Positions 10,401 through 25,255 are shown, numbered from the stretch's first letter. The stretch: 64,000 bases of DNA from Paraphysomonas bandaiensis (GCA_965644295.1 CBFFRP010000109.1:83314-147313), one strand, 5' to 3'. Numbers and translations are program-made. Notes: generated by a model not told the origin, from the letters alone.

Positions 10401-13400
10401 CTATTGAAACTTGTGAGGAACTGTCGTCACTACTTTCATCAGAAGTAGCACTTTCCATTGATATAGAGCTGGCTTCAGAGTCACGATACGTTACTACACT
10501 CATCTTACATTAGTTTAAAACTATAGACCTGGTATCGTACCTCGATTTCTACCCCATAGTCCCGTACGAATCTGTTATATAAAAACAACACTGTCAACAC
10601 AAGAAAACTGTAGCATGTGTGCAGGACCTCATTTCCAATATCTGGGTGCAGACGCGACACCATAGCCTCGAGGATCTTTTCACTTTCTAGTGCCCACTCT
10701 CTGCGCTGTTCAGCCAAACGTTTCGTAAGGTCTGTGCCCCGCTCTGTTGTTGCGTTCTTTCGCTTTGCATATCCTGTCTCCATTAAGTCAAAAATAAAAT
10801 TCAGATCCTCTTGAAGTCCACCGCGTTTCTCAAGGGCAACCATAGGGCCCAGTTCGTCGTGTTTCTCGCATTCCGAGTTGTCTTCGTCACTTTCCACATG
10901 ACTTCCCACAGAACAAGCAATTTCTTGTGCTGTTGAATCATCATCATCATCACCACCATGGGAATTATTGTCACTTTCTTTATTGGACATGCTGCCATCA
11001 CTTTCATGATCCCGACTACTACATATGGTTTCTGTGTCATCACCATTTTCGTTACACACATGTGAAAACAGCGCAGTGGTATCTTTCAAGACAATGCCTG
11101 TGTCACATTCTTGATTATCCATAATATGAGCTCTCGAGGCTATTGACGAGCTTGTGGACAAAGAGTCCCTTTTCTTCAGTGGTGAGACTAATTCAGCAGC
11201 AAATGGATTGCTTTTATTTGATTTTCTTAGGAAGTTTGTTTCTTTCAAAGCTACAGATCCACCTTTTCTCACAGGAGAGGTAGAGCCGGACACCATCACG
11301 CCTTTACAGGCGGGTGGTGTGCTCTTGGATATTTCCATAGACTCAACTTCATTTGTTGGCTCAGTAGATATGTTCTGGACAACTTCATGACGTGATGGGG
11401 AAAAGTGTTTAGGATTCAACTGTACAGTACTCTGCCGCCGAGTCTGATTTTCTATAAGTTTAATTTCATTATAAAAATATAGTTACTCTGCTGCTGTTCA
11501 AAAACCTGGATTCCGCTGCTGTTTCGAAGTTTTCACGATTCGCCGGTGTGTATGTCTCCTAATCACTGAGTCCACAGAAATAGCAGACGGCTCGGAATGA
11601 CTACAGTTAACACGTTAAACTAAACTATAGGGTGACTTAAAAACTAAAATTCCCCTTACACAGAAAAATTATCAGGATCATAGGGCTGATATTCGTTTCT
11701 GTCCTTACTTCTCCCAGCATGAGCTGGAGTGTCCTTAGTCATGACTGAAGATGACACAGCATATCGATATATGTCCTCTATAGGGCCAACAAAACCACGA
11801 TTCTTACTGTACCGAATATTATTTGATCGATAAAGAGACTCTTTCAAGTGGTTATGTGTGCTAACATCATGTATTGTGAGCTGTTTTTCCTCCCGTGGCG
11901 ACAATTTATCGTACATCAAACTTCGAATATAATAGGGGTCATCTCTCGCTATTGAGTGGTCTATTTTTTTTAGCAGTTCATTTAAGGGTCCTGTTGCTGC
12001 CATTTCTTTCTCAACAACAGCTTTTATGAGCATCTGAATATAAACAGCAAAGTAATTCATACGTTACAGGATATATAACACCTCAAATGAGTACCTTTCG
12101 ACGAACAATTTCTGTGTTGAGGGCACCTTCGTTTTCATCTACTGGCACATCAATCTCGACAGCTTTTCCATGCGCCTTCAACTCTATCACGGTCTATAAA
12201 CTTTTAACCACATGCTTTACAACTGTATGTCGTTACCTTGACTGCTGCAATAAACCTGCGAAGCACTGTAAGTTGTTATTTCATCACACCAGCAAGAGAT
12301 ACCTTTTCAATGCAGGGCGTTGGCTACACTGCTCGACAATATCAGACGTTGGAGCCTTCGTTTCAACTATACTCTCCTCAATATCTGTGCTGTCTCCACT
12401 AGGTAGGACCTCTTTCGGCGAAGAAGCTCGCTGCTCTACCTTCGCATTTACCTTTAGCGTCGCCGACTTTTGCATGTCCTCCGAGTCATCAGCGAACTTC
12501 GATGGCGTTGCATTATTATTAACCCCGACTATAAACTTCGATTTTCTACGCATCTCGACAGGGCTATTCTTGACAGGCTTTCTTTTTTCAATCGTCTGTT
12601 CCCTTAGTGATGGCTTATACTTCATTCTATCTATTATCATAGCCCTAACGATTCAATTACTTACTACAAGCCATTGATCTCCATCGCCTACCTCGATTCA
12701 AGTTCTGTAGATTTTTTCTCAGCTTTCTTCCCAGACTTCCAAAGTGCTATGGCACCATCAAACACAAGAGGTAGAATGTATAGTTACTAACCTACGATTC
12801 TTGCACGCATGGCCATTTGTCGTTCCTCAAGTGACATTGACATTTGCTTGCTCACAACACGTTTTTCACTATCAACACCATCTTCCTTGCTCACAGATTT
12901 CCCAGGAGCTATATCAAAAGTAGGTACGTTACTGTGTCGCCTTTCCAGTGATTTTGAGAAGTTAAGGTCAACTTGAGCACGCGGAGGAGCCACTTCCTGG
13001 GTAGGCGAGCGATTAGATAAATTTTCTGCTGATAGATTGTCGAGGACAGGTGCATCACAATTATTTGACTCGAAACTGCTGCTAGTATTCATGACCTCAT
13101 CAGTATCTATTTTTTGGGTACTACTACGACGGGCATCGGGCTCATGGCCAAGTCTAACTTCAGATGGCAGAACCTCTGCTATATCATGGGGGTATTTGTT
13201 GGGACTTAATACTTGTTCTAAATCCAAGGTGCTATCAGAGTAGAGTGTTCCTAACTCATTCTCAGGTGTCATTCGTTTAGGAGTAACATTAGCTTTAAAT
13301 TTCTGATTGTAATAGTACAAGGACATGTAAATCGGGATAATGAATAAGTATAAAACAGACCTGAGCCATTGACGCAACAATTCCTTTCGTTCTCGCAACA

Positions 13401-15411
13401 GCAAAAATTTCTGAAAATCGCCGTTTACCCATTTCCTTGTACCTAATATCAACTATGTGTACTACACTACAAAAAAATTACTTGACGGGCAAAACAAAAA
13501 CTTGTAAACGGACCGCAGTTGAAAATTTGAGCTGGAATTTCCTGGAATTTTCTCGTCTCTGCTCTTGCTATCCACCCCCTGGGCCTCCGCACTGTCCGGG
13601 TCTAAAACACACATTACAAGTCTACAAACACGTTCAAACAGTTCATATCTACCTCTTACGACAGTGTTCACAGTATTCTCCTCTTGTGCAGCAAGTATTA
13701 GCTCCGGATCAGCTAGAACGCTAATATCTTGTACATTAGCCGACTCTCTGGCCAATATATTCGCCATAGATGCCACGTCATGCTCCTGTGTATTCGGTGC
13801 GGGATAGACAACTTCGAAATCAACAGTGAGCTCTTCAATAGGAATGTCAGGTTTTCCCGGTGTCTTCATAGTAAGCGCTGTCAGCAACGAATAAGAGATA
13901 CGTTTCATGTCGTCCGTCACGTCACACGAATCTATCTCCTTGAACTCAAAAGCCTTAAGAAAACATCACTACTTGAATACAAGTCAAATCTAACCATATT
14001 ACCTTGTTGCAAACATGTGGACAGACAAAGTCCTTGAGACCTTTCGTCAGTCTACTGGATTTCAAGCTACATAACATATTGTGTATCGTTATACTGAAGT
14101 ATTACCATTGGAAATTCTTCATGTTACCTGATTCGTATCCATTTCTCCCCAGCGTACTTCCGGTACAACAGACGATAGAATAAACGATCAGCTCCCCGGG
14201 GTGGAGACGTATAATGATCTCTAGCCATCACCAACTTACCCTTGCGTGTCACGAAACGTGGTGGATCAGGTATTTGAATGTATCCTGTCTCAAAAAGAGT
14301 GGGATCCAACAGTTCATTCAGAGCTAATAATAAGTCGCCACCAGTGCACAAGGGGCGCAAATGGGTTTCCCCATTAACAGTTCGTGCCTTTAAAACGGCT
14401 CGTATAGGTTGAGACGAAGAAAGCGCTCGAGATATAGCCCTTTCTTGTTCATGTGACGCTTCTCGTCCTGAGATAGCTCGTTCGAACGCCTCTGCAGCCC
14501 CGGAGTTCACAGGATCATGACTAATTGCTGTTACATTGTCGTTGAACAGTCGCCTTCGAGTACTACGCGAAAGGGTCGAACGCGGAGGGCGAGCGGCAGC
14601 CTCAGAAGCAGCAGCAGCCAAAAGCGGCTCAACGATTTGTGACTCAAATTCTACGGGAAGAAGTGCATCCTGTACAGGCAAATCGTAAACATAGGAAATA
14701 TCCAACAATCTCAACTCACTCTATTAATTGTAAATGCTCGTTTGAAGTATGACCACGAGCTAAAAATTCTATCTAGACGAGTGGGGCATGTTGGGTCAAC
14801 AGAATAGGTGTTGACAATACCCACACAGGCTCCAGTTTTGAGCAAATTCGGTGCTCCAAAATCTACAGTTTTATCGCTCTCGACAATCGTTGACAGTAAA
14901 CCATACAATTCAACTGATTTACGTGACCATAAAGCCTTACTTCGCGTTCCAACACTATCCTCTCTATTCATTGGCTGAGATATTGGTAGCGGTGGTTTCA
15001 CATCCTTGGGTGGTAGAAAGCCAGTTTCTTCCAGCATTTCTTTTTTCGAACGAAGATTCTGCTCGTCTTCAAAGAAATCAATCTTTTGTTGTGGTACAGA
15101 TGACTGCTGAATATTGGTTTTCCTGTGTCTATAATTAGAGACATTAACCATATAAGTCACATGAACCTCATTGCTGTGGACTTTATGTATTCTTTCTCAA
15201 CCTGCTCGCACTTCTTCAGATGGCGTAACACATTCCCGCACCTCTTATCCCTATCATTCTGGAGCGCCTTGGCAGCGTTATATCTCTCAGATCCGTCAGA
15301 TAATAACACTCTTTCCATCTTTTCATTGTATTCATCATGATCACGGAGACCTTTCGCCCAATGGGAAGTGAGGTCAGATGATAATACTTCTGATGGTTCA
15401 ATTGAATCCAT
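7428..15411 (-). CDS. Large multi-exon gene (or two adjacent genes) of unknown function, Ser/Asp-rich and largely low-complexity
   Basis: Chain of minus-strand ORFs (15157-15453, 14711-15160, 14124-14714, 13462-13920, 12787-13452, 12284-12640, 11656-12060, 10505-11419, 9953-10357, 7428-9770) separated by short AT-rich intron-like gaps; putative ATG at 15411; exon structure unresolved. Confidence 0.55.
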
Positions 15412-16016
15412 TCCTCGATTCAGTGTACTCAATCCACAGAAATTATGAGACACGTATGAGTCATTACATATATAACTAAATCTGCATTGTGATAGAGTTA
15501 TATTGTTATTGTATGTCCACTCGACTTCACTTCACTTCACTTCATGTTCTTAACAGCTACTCTTTAGCGCCAAATCATGTGCAGTATATAAAAACCAATA
15601 TATACACTAGAAAAGGCATATATACACAACAAAATATTGCCATTTTTATAAATGTTACACAGACCTCTGTTTTTGGAGGTCACAAATAGCCCTATTTTTT
15701 AAGAAAACACAGCCGTTAATAAGCACGTAACTGCTGTAGTCCGAGTTTAAGCGAGCAGTATTGTATGATATATACTGCTGTGTACAGTGTATCATACACT
15801 CTACAGCATAGAGAGCTAGCTATCCGGTTGTGGGCTCCATATCATTCAGTTAAGTGTTCATGGAATATCATCCGCTGTGTCGTAGTTGTGTTTCATAGTC
15901 ATAAGTATCGTAACATACAACTTAAATAAACTTTCTCTCGAGGGAAATTTTATCTTCCTATCGAATGATTTGAACGAACTGAATAGTTATACGTTATCAG
16001 ATAACCCTAACGAACA

Positions 16017-19000
16017 ATGAGCAATGAGTGCATTCAAGTGGTGGTCAGGATGCGTCCTTTCAACACCAAGGAGAAAAATGAAGGTCGACAAGGTATTGTG
16101 GACATGGATATGGAACTGAATCAAGTGGCTATTAAGAACCCTGATAATTCTGATGCTCCTCCCAAAGTGTTCACATTCGATTCTGTGTATGATGGGAGTA
16201 CCCAACAGCGTGCTTTTTATGAGGAATCGTGCTTTGGTTTAATTGAAAGTGTCCTAGAGGGGTTTAATGGCACGATATTTGCTTACGGACAAACGGGATG
16301 CGGTAATGACGATGCGTCACTCTTGTTAGAATGTGATATGGTTGGCAGGTAAAACTTTTACGATGCAGGGACCAAATAATCCACCGGAAATGAGAGGGGT
16401 TATTCCCAATTCATTTTCGCATATATTTGACCATGTCAAAGCATCCAAGGACGTGGAGTATCTTGTTCGCTGTTCCTACTTGGAGATTTACAATGAAGTT
16501 ATAAGGTGTGTTTACTTCTGGTGTTAAATTAGTTTGACACAGTATCAAGGGACTTGCTTGGCGACCAAAAGAACCCATTAAAATGTGACCTCAAAGAAGA
16601 CCCACAGAAAGGGATTGTTGTCTCCAACCTGTGTGATGTAGTTGTAGAAACAGAAGAAGATATGGATGCGATGTTGAATAAGGGACTGGCGAACCGTACT
16701 GTAGGGTCCACCCTGATGAATGCGGAGTCATCACGGTCCCATTCCATCTTCACGATTGTTGTAGAGATGAACAATCGTGATGAACAAGGCAAAGACCACA
16801 TACGTGCTGGAAAATTGAACTTAGTCGACTTGGCTGGGTCAGAACGCCAAAAAAAGACAGGAGCCAGTGGGGACCGTCTTAAAGAGGGAAGCAAAATCAA
16901 CCTCTCATTGTCTGCTCTGGGAAACGTAATATCAGCATTGTCCGATGGTGGGGGCAAGCATATTCCATATCGCGATAGTAAGCTCACACGACTACTACAA
17001 GATTCTTTGGGTGGTAACACGAAGACTCTAAGTATGTCCACATTATGTATTCATCTCAAGTAATTTATTCGCTGCAGTGGTTGCAGCGATGAGTCCTGCG
17101 GACTACAATTATGACGAAACTCTGTCAACTCTGAGGTGTGAATTAGTCATCAATTTTATATTGTATAATTGGTGTTGCGACAATTTGTGTTAGATATGCA
17201 AACCGTGCTAAGAGTATTAAAAATAAGCCAAAAATTAATGAAGATCCGAAGGACGCTATGATCCGCGAGTTTAAGGAAGAGATCGAGAGACTGAGACAAC
17301 TATTAAGTCAACAAAACGGTGGAGTTATTCCATCGCTATCAGCCCCCCCTACAACTATCGCGGATTCTGCTCAAGAGACTGTAGCAGGCTCTAAAGCCCC
17401 AGTTAAAGCTAGCCTGCCTCAAGAACCTCAAGGCAAGCAACAAAAACTGAAAGCGGCTGATGATGTCTCCAACTTTGCCACACTTGCGACAGATGTGTCA
17501 ACTACAAATGCATCTCATTCCGAAATAGATTTTGCATCCCTTGCAACAGGTACAACGCATCAACATGGGTCTGGAAATACAACCAATACGTATACCACGT
17601 ATAGTAATGGATTTAGCAATCTTGTCATAGTCTATGCATCGTTGCCTATGTAGCCAACTCTCAACAATGTAATTTCATCATGTAGGTGGAGATAAGAAAA
17701 CTTCACCACGGACTACGAAGTCTTCCCCTCGGTCAAAAGGGACTCGTAGTCCTCGAGAAGAACGAGTCCGCGTTGAAACAAAGGTTGTTGAAGTGGAAAA
17801 AATTCCAGATGAACACTTACATAAGCAAAAAGTAAGTGCTGCATTTAATACAGTTTCTCATCATTTCGCGAATATTTAATCTTATGTCTAAATTGCATGT
17901 ATTCAGCGTCTAGAAGAATATTCACAGGCCATCGAGGAGGAGCGAGACTACTTCGGAGAGCAGCTTAAGGAGATGCACAATGAAGTTGAACTGGAGCGGA
18001 AAAAACGTGAGGAGTTAGCCATGCGTATGCAACAGCTTCAGTCCAAGGTGCGTGGTTACAGACATGTTTCTCATGCAAGACTTAGTCGTGATCGTGTATT
18101 CAGCTCATGGGAAGAGCATTGAGTATTGATGTATCCACTGGTGAAAGTGGCGATGCTTCTGAGCTAGTTATGCAGCCGAATGAAGCACAGCTACGAGAGC
18201 AAAAAGAGGCAGAAAATAGATTAAATGAGAGAAAAGCTAAAGCGAAACGTAAGGAAGAGGCGAAAAAGAAGGCTGAGGAGGACCGGAAAGAGAAAGATCG
18301 AAACGAATATGATCGAGAGCTGCAGCAGGTTTGTACTTATCGGCTATTATAGAGTTGGTATCATCACATATTGATTGCTCAGGCTATTGGTGCTCAAGAT
18401 GAGAGTGTTGAAAAGAAAATTTCTAAAATTAAAAAAAAATTTGAGAAGAAACTTCAGGCAGCTAGGAGTGAAATCGACGATCTTCATGAAGTATGTGACT
18501 GTAATAAATTTATTGTATTGTACACTTATTATGTGCTAGGAATTTGAATTGGAACGAGAAGAAATGTTAGAGAATATTAGAGAAGCGAACAAAGACTCGG
18601 AGCTGTTTAGACAAATATGCCTTTCTCTTTTAGACGAAAAAAGGTTGAGACAGGTATATGGTTGAACATTCGATAGTTATGGTGATCTTTACGTTGCTGT
18701 CTGACGCATCTAGATCGTGGATAAATGTCAGTATGATGAAGATTCAGATGAGTGGATTGTACCCTATATGCGGACGAGAGATACATCTGAGTTTAGACTT
18801 CCCGATATAGATTCTGCTAGAAATCATAGCGACGGTGACTCTGCGGCTCCGACGAGGGGAGGATCGGCCCGTTCTGTGAAATCTGAATTGAGTGCAGCTG
18901 AAGCGAAACACGCACGACGACCGGGATCAAGGACCTCAGCTGAGACTGAGTGTGTGAATGACGGACGGGAAAGAAAGACACGTCGGCCAAATTCTCACAG

Positions 19001-19540
19001 AGATGACCCCCATGGCCAAATTCCGACTCTAAACGTCCCGGTTCATGCTCCTTCTAAACCCCCGATGCCAAAGTCTGCCAGAAGAGACAAAAAAAAGAGT
19101 AAGCCTCCGAAAAATGTTCAAAATGAACTACAGGAGATGGTACTATTGTAAACGTTGTACTGCGGTTGCTGACAAAAACTTGTGACAGACATACACACAA
19201 GACGAGGGAGGGAACGGCGAGCAAGCCGGAAACGTTGCAGAGTGGGGTTTTGCTGAGAATAATCTGTCAGGTGGGAACAGTGCGAATTCTGCCCACGATA
19301 TAAGTCGGGAAGCTATATCTACTGATATTGAGTTCGATCCTTCGCTTGCGCTTAATCACGTTGGTGGGCCTATGGGTGACAGACAGTCATCTAGACATGG
19401 CAGTCGGCGAAATAAAAATAGGCCCGCTAGTGGAAATCGTAAAGCTGGGGTACGAATTATTTTTATTTTTGTATCATTTTCTTGTAACGTGTATTCGTTT
19501 AGCATGCATCTGGATGTGTATCGGATTCTGCTACAGCTGA
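16017..19540 (+). CDS. Kinesin-2 family (KIF3/KIF17-like) motor, multi-exon
   Basis: [17 protein letters not shown]|[65 protein letters not shown] neck, YDEDSDEW tail motif; 3' end approximate. Confidence 0.9.
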
Positions 19541-20235
19541 TAAAAGTTTTTCTGTATCATGTTCTCCAAGAACTTCTGATGGTGTATATTTTCCGCAACT
19601 ATAGCGGTCAATTGTGTGTTTTCGAATCAGTGTTAAAGAAAAGTGCGTGCATTACTGGTCCAGTGCTGCTAATAGATGTCCCACCATATTTATTACATGT
19701 AGTGCAGTGTTTCATATTTTTTATCTATTTAAGTAATATAGTTGTGCTTTATTTTCACATATGCTCGGCTTACACACTTCGCAATAAACAACTGTGGATA
19801 TGTAGAGTGCTACGCGGATTTAGGTGTCACCCAAAATAAAGATCAACGAAAAGTTTAAAAACTATAGCAATTCAACCAAATAATAATTACTTGGTCTGAA
19901 ATATGTAGAGTGCTGTTATTCCAAAAAAGGTACTGGCAGTTACAGGAGATAATGCTCATCTCTGCGTTGTAAAATTCGGTGCACTTGTGTGTACGTACAT
20001 TCCAAGATGTGTGGTATATTACTGTCAGATTAGTCTGTGATACCAAAACATATGAGATCATGAGTCTTTAACATCAAAAGCAGCATAATAAATAAATGTA
20101 ATAACATATTTCTCTTGTGAAATAATGTTTTCATGGTGTTAAGACGTACTCTTTTGCGCTAAAGGAGCTGGAGAGGATTTTATGAGGGCTAATTACTAAT
20201 TAGCAGTGGAGTCTTTTAAACGAGAAGAAAGGTAG

Positions 20236-20744
20236 CAGTGAATGTCTTATTATTAGCAATAGACGTGTAAACGTCAGAGCTTTTTTAGTATTATTGCAAT
20301 TCAACTATATATCCAGTGCATAACTCTAATATCCTACTATTTAACTCTACCAAAGCTGCTTGTGCGTTACACACCATGATGCAACCACTTTCGCTCTATC
20401 ACTCAAGACAAACGCAGTGAGAAAGCAGAATGTTGATACATCTGACATCTTCTGACTTAAGAATTTTTGAGTGGATGCTTGACTTCAGCAGGCAGCCCAA
20501 TACCCCGGTTAGCCTTCAGGTGGTCCTATTTTCGGATGCCTGTTTATTCATCAGGGACCAAAGACGTCTATACAAGTGACACTTATATTAGTGTCCCTTG
20601 TACCACACAAGCATTTGGCTATGAGTCGGCAGATAATTATCTCCTATATACGGCTTACGTTAGTTTCCTGGTGAAATATCTCCGGTACTCTTTCCCCAGA
20701 ACACCACGAAGCCATGAAGAGGTGCGAGCTCGACTAAATGAGGG
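20236..20744 (-). mobile_element. Full-length retroposon copy C2 (509 bp)
   Basis: 5' end CCCTCA on the minus strand; TSD AAGGTAG at 20229-20235 and 20745-20751; homologous to 52141-52648. Confidence 0.85.
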
Positions 20745-20777
20745 AAGGTAGATAATATCAATGGATATTGTATATAC

Positions 20778-20918
20778 CAGGGCCTGGTCACCGTTAATGG
20801 TAGTGGCATTAATGGCCATTAATGGTAATGCCATTATAATTACCGGGACATTTTTGATTACTATGCCATTATAATTGCCGGGAACTGGACTACCATTAAT
20901 AGTTACCAGCAGGCCCTG
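20778..20918. mobile_element. hAT-like MITE, 141 bp
   Basis: Termini CAGGGCCTG...CAGGCCCTG, subterminal inverted TTAATGGTAGT/ACTACCATTAA, 8-bp flanks GTATATAC / GTGTACAC (6/8 match). Confidence 0.7.
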
Positions 20919-21513
20919 GTGTACACGGCTTTGTAAATTCAGAAAAGAATTTTAGTTCTATTCTTCTCATAACAGCTGGAGTTTCTAAGTGGGAAATATT
21001 ATTCAACCTGTCAAATTGGTTGAATTGCCTGCCTAGTCACACTAATTTTGGTGTAAAAAGCCTAGTCCAAGTTATAAATATTCAAAACTGCATTAATTGA
21101 TGGCTAGGTGAATAGATTTCGGCAACTCTTTGAAAAATGAACACAATGCTGACAGCGTTCGATATTGTAACTGACTGTCTTCTAGGCAAAAAAGTATGAG
21201 TATTCATTAATTCACGAATAGTGAATAGCAGCTAGTAATAGCCCCTAAATATACTAAATAACCTGGCCTGCTGCTACAATGGAATCTACAATAACTTACT
21301 ACTCGTTAAAATGATTGATGGCAGACAGTATTGATTTATACGCACATGCAGGCCTGACTACTTACACATCACATTTATCAGTAACCCGTACAACGTATAC
21401 AACAATATACTACAATCAATGCAAAAGTATTCATAAAGATCTGTCCATATATCAGTATAATATATATCAGCACCAGAGACATTACATATGATTGCCTCCG
21501 AAAACAGTGCATA

Positions 21514-23063
21514 TTAATCAGCAGTTGTTGTAATTACTATAAAATCATCGTCTTCACTTTCATCTAAAGGTATAAATGTGGATGGCGTTAAGTCCATTGC
21601 AACCCTACTACAACTGTCAGGAACGTGCATATCGGAATCAGATGCACCATCCAAAGTTTCTGCAGCATTCAGATGTGTAGTGTCAACTATTGTGGCCTCT
21701 AAGTCCTCTGAAATATCATCGCACTTGGTGTCACAAGGTTCCACTGTGGGTTTACATATCGTTGATGGTGTGGTGGAGAGTCCTGAAGCCTCTTCCCAGA
21801 GAACAATTAAACCATCTACACTCAATTGGTCAGTCGGCCCATAATTCACCACCTACATACCACCCATCAGTATAACTTCACCCATCAAATGTAAAGTATA
21901 AATAATATAATAAAAAACGAACAGTCACATATCAATATCAATAATGACAACACATGTCAGTCCGCTACACGTACGTTATCAAGAAAACGACGAACGGACG
22001 ACACCGTTGAAAAGTTCGATTCTGGCAATTTCGAATGCAGAAGGATGGCCAGCTCCTTGAAAACAACCTAATTCACATGAAACACAATTAAACACAAGTG
22101 ATATTCATAATCTGAAAGAATAATAAATCACATTGCTCGAGGTGTTACAGCGTACGATAACACATACATGCAGAGAGCGTGTTGACTCTGACGTATCAGT
22201 ACAGTCTGAATGAGTGCGTTGACACCCCGACACACTGATGGGCGATAACATAAACTGCTTCACACTTGCAGAACCATTCAGAAGAAATTTCTGTCCATAT
22301 ATTTAATATCAGTACACTGAACACGATACTTAACGGACAATACCTTAAGAGAGAGCCCTGCAGTAGAATACAAGGATAGACTATCTACCAGCCGTAAAGA
22401 TGACACTACACCATGATTATATATCGTAAACATGGTGTTTAATCATACCAATTCCCCATATCCAGTTCCTCACAACACCTTCAGTCAATTCACTACTCTT
22501 ACATACATGTATATACTCCACAAGACTGCTGCTACAATACTCCATTACAATGCACACCATATCCCCAAATTCCTATAATCACAATATATTACACATAAAT
22601 ACATATATAAGTCTCTACTTTACATAAATTTCGATGATTTTTAGAATATTATCCATTGGATGACGCTTCAATACTCGAAAATCTTCATAAAGAAGTTGTT
22701 TGCATTTTTCAGGCATTCCAACAACAGTTTTGATCGCATACTCTTTCCCAGAATACACATGTAGTCCTTTGTATACCTATATAGTAGTGAGAGCTGTTCG
22801 ATGCACAAGATGTTTCATAGGCATGTAGACATACTTTGGTTGCCGATGAATTGGACAATACAGCTATTAAATCGTATGCACCTGTGGAGAGGGGCAACAT
22901 CGATGCTAACACTAGAATACAGTCTAGTGATTAAGTATATAAAAGTCTTTAATAGGAACAAATGCAGGAGGAGGTACGTGAATGTTGTCTGTAGGATACG
23001 CCTTTCAAAATAATTCCTATAATTACAACTGTGACTCTTCCGTTCTCCGAATAGTGCATCCAT
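21514..23063 (-). CDS. Multi-exon protein kinase-like gene (probable pseudokinase)
   Basis: Hand-spliced exons give YDLIAVLSNSSATK..LHVYSGKEYAIKTVV..KQLLYEDFRVLKRHPMDNILKIIEIY..EFGDMVCIVMEYCSSSL (kinase N-lobe/hinge); no HRD or DFG seen. Confidence 0.55.
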
Positions 23064-23564
23064 ATTCCTCCAAAACTCGGAATTCTATTTTGAATGGTAG
23101 TAGCTCAAAACTCGAGAAATGAGCACAAGTTGTATATAAACCACGATATTTGGAACTTAAAAACAGGAAATATGAAAAGAATACACAGAAAAATATAATT
23201 CGAAAAGCTTGCTTCCAGCTGTATATCAGTGTATACCACGGTATACCAGGATAAAAAACAGAGTCTATTCATCCCTCTGTATTCCAATCGTATTCTAAAG
23301 TATACGGCGGTTACTCTGGAGGTAGTATGGTATGGATATGTATGTATGTATATATACATAGAGCTCCTAACATCAACACACTGAAGCCTCATGCAGCAAG
23401 TGGTGTAAGTGTTATTATTACATTGAATATAGTTCGTCTTTGCTCAGGATATCTGTAGAGAATCTGGTTTATGAACCCTCTCATATAGTTTTAAACGTAT
23501 TGCTCAAATAGCGATATTATATAAGAAAATATAAATATACTGAAAACCTGAAAGTTACCAAATA

Positions 23565-25255
23565 ATGAGCATCCAAGGGGATTCCACTAATCGCCCTCAG
23601 AAGAGCTTCGAGAGTGTTCACGATCGAGAAAGGTATTCGCATGATACCAACTCTGAGAGCAAAACTTATGATGGTATGCAGTCTTCATAATGTTCGGGAT
23701 AAGTACAGCGATTTGAACGAAATGATCGAAAGCCTAAACGAAAAGGTTTACTATTAATGTTTTAATTCATCTCTGATGCTTTATTTTAATTAGCTAAATG
23801 TCGTGGCATCTGTACAAGAAAAAGAATTTTTAAGTGCCTATCGCGTTCACATGTTGAGTGTTCAGCTGGAATTAAAAGAATTGAAGCTGAAGTATATATA
23901 TTAATTTTCATATGTTTATCACTGTAATGAATATTTTTGTTTAGGGTAGCAAAGGCTGAGATGTCTCTTCAAGATGACGGAGAAGTGTCAAAGCTTGAGG
24001 AGGAGTGCAATTGGTTTAGAACTGAAACAATGAGACTTCAAACACATTCCAGTACTATGCAGACTGATATTCAGGTGCACTTTATATGTATATTACATTA
24101 ACCTTTTGACATGAATTCCGGTTACACTTTTATTCTCTAGGCAATGAAAAGTCGCCTGGCAGCTCTGCGGGACCAGAATAAATACTTGAGTAATCAGCTG
24201 AAGGCAGTTATGAAACGAAGCCGAGTACTGGAGGTGATCATACTGAGTATTGTGCGGCCCTGACGTAAATATATTCTTAATACATTATACATGCTGTGCC
24301 ATTATCCATTATCATGTGCAATGCTTTATATCTGTGACTCCTTATATATATCAGGTTGAAATTGAAATGGCCAAGCAATCCGGCATTCCACGTGCTCTAC
24401 AATCTGAAGTATTCGAAGAAGAAGGAAGTTATCCAACACAGAGCTTTGACGACGATGTAGATGACAGTGAAGATGCGGGTGAAGGAAATAAGCATATGGT
24501 ACAGAGTCAGAGCGCTATAGCATTAGGTAAATCTACTGGTCATTTTCTCCCGTTAAGACGAGTGAACTCTGCCCGCGAACGTCCTGTGGATTCGCTTATG
24601 CCACCCCGCTCGAGGAGTCCCGTGTCGCGCACACCCGCTTCAAGGATGGGCGCATCCAAATCGCTTCGGGTTAGTAGTCGTAAGTCTGGATCTGCGGGTA
24701 CAACAGACCCGGAAACTGGCCGTGGTCAGACTGCAGATATTGTCAGTTTGCGAAATCAATACTCTTCAATTAATGAGTCACGAACATTTATTGAAACATT
24801 GTTAGAAGATAAAGTTCGAGAAGCATTTGCGAATGTAATCAAAAGGCGATCTCTGACTGTGGCTCGCAATTCTAAAAATCGGTACGATATTTGCATATCT
24901 ATTGGTATGATTGTGTGCCAATGAAATTTAATGTTTTGCGTGTTAGGTACTTTAAGTCGGTTGCGAAAAGCATGTCAGACTCTGGGCACGACGATATTAG
25001 TGTGGAGTTAGACAGTACAGCGTTTTCCACAAAGGTTCCGACGAATAAGTTGGGACATCCTATAGTGGGGGGAATTACAGATTTAGGGCTTGAGGTATGC
25101 TTGTCGCTACCTATATAATACTTTTAATGTTCTATTAGCACTTGACAGATGGGGATAAGCATGACGTAATGATTTCCGTACTATCCGATGAGCGCGTGTT
25201 CAAGGAAGTCGTCGAGAGGCTACATAGGGCTTATGTTGAAGGAGAAGGATGGTAG
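23565..25255 (+). CDS. Multi-exon coiled-coil protein of unknown function
   Basis: Exons EKEFLSAYRVHMLSVQLELKELK / VSKLEEECNWFRTETMRL / NKYLSNQLKAVMKRSRVLE with GT-AG introns; ORF 24250-24924. Confidence 0.7.
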
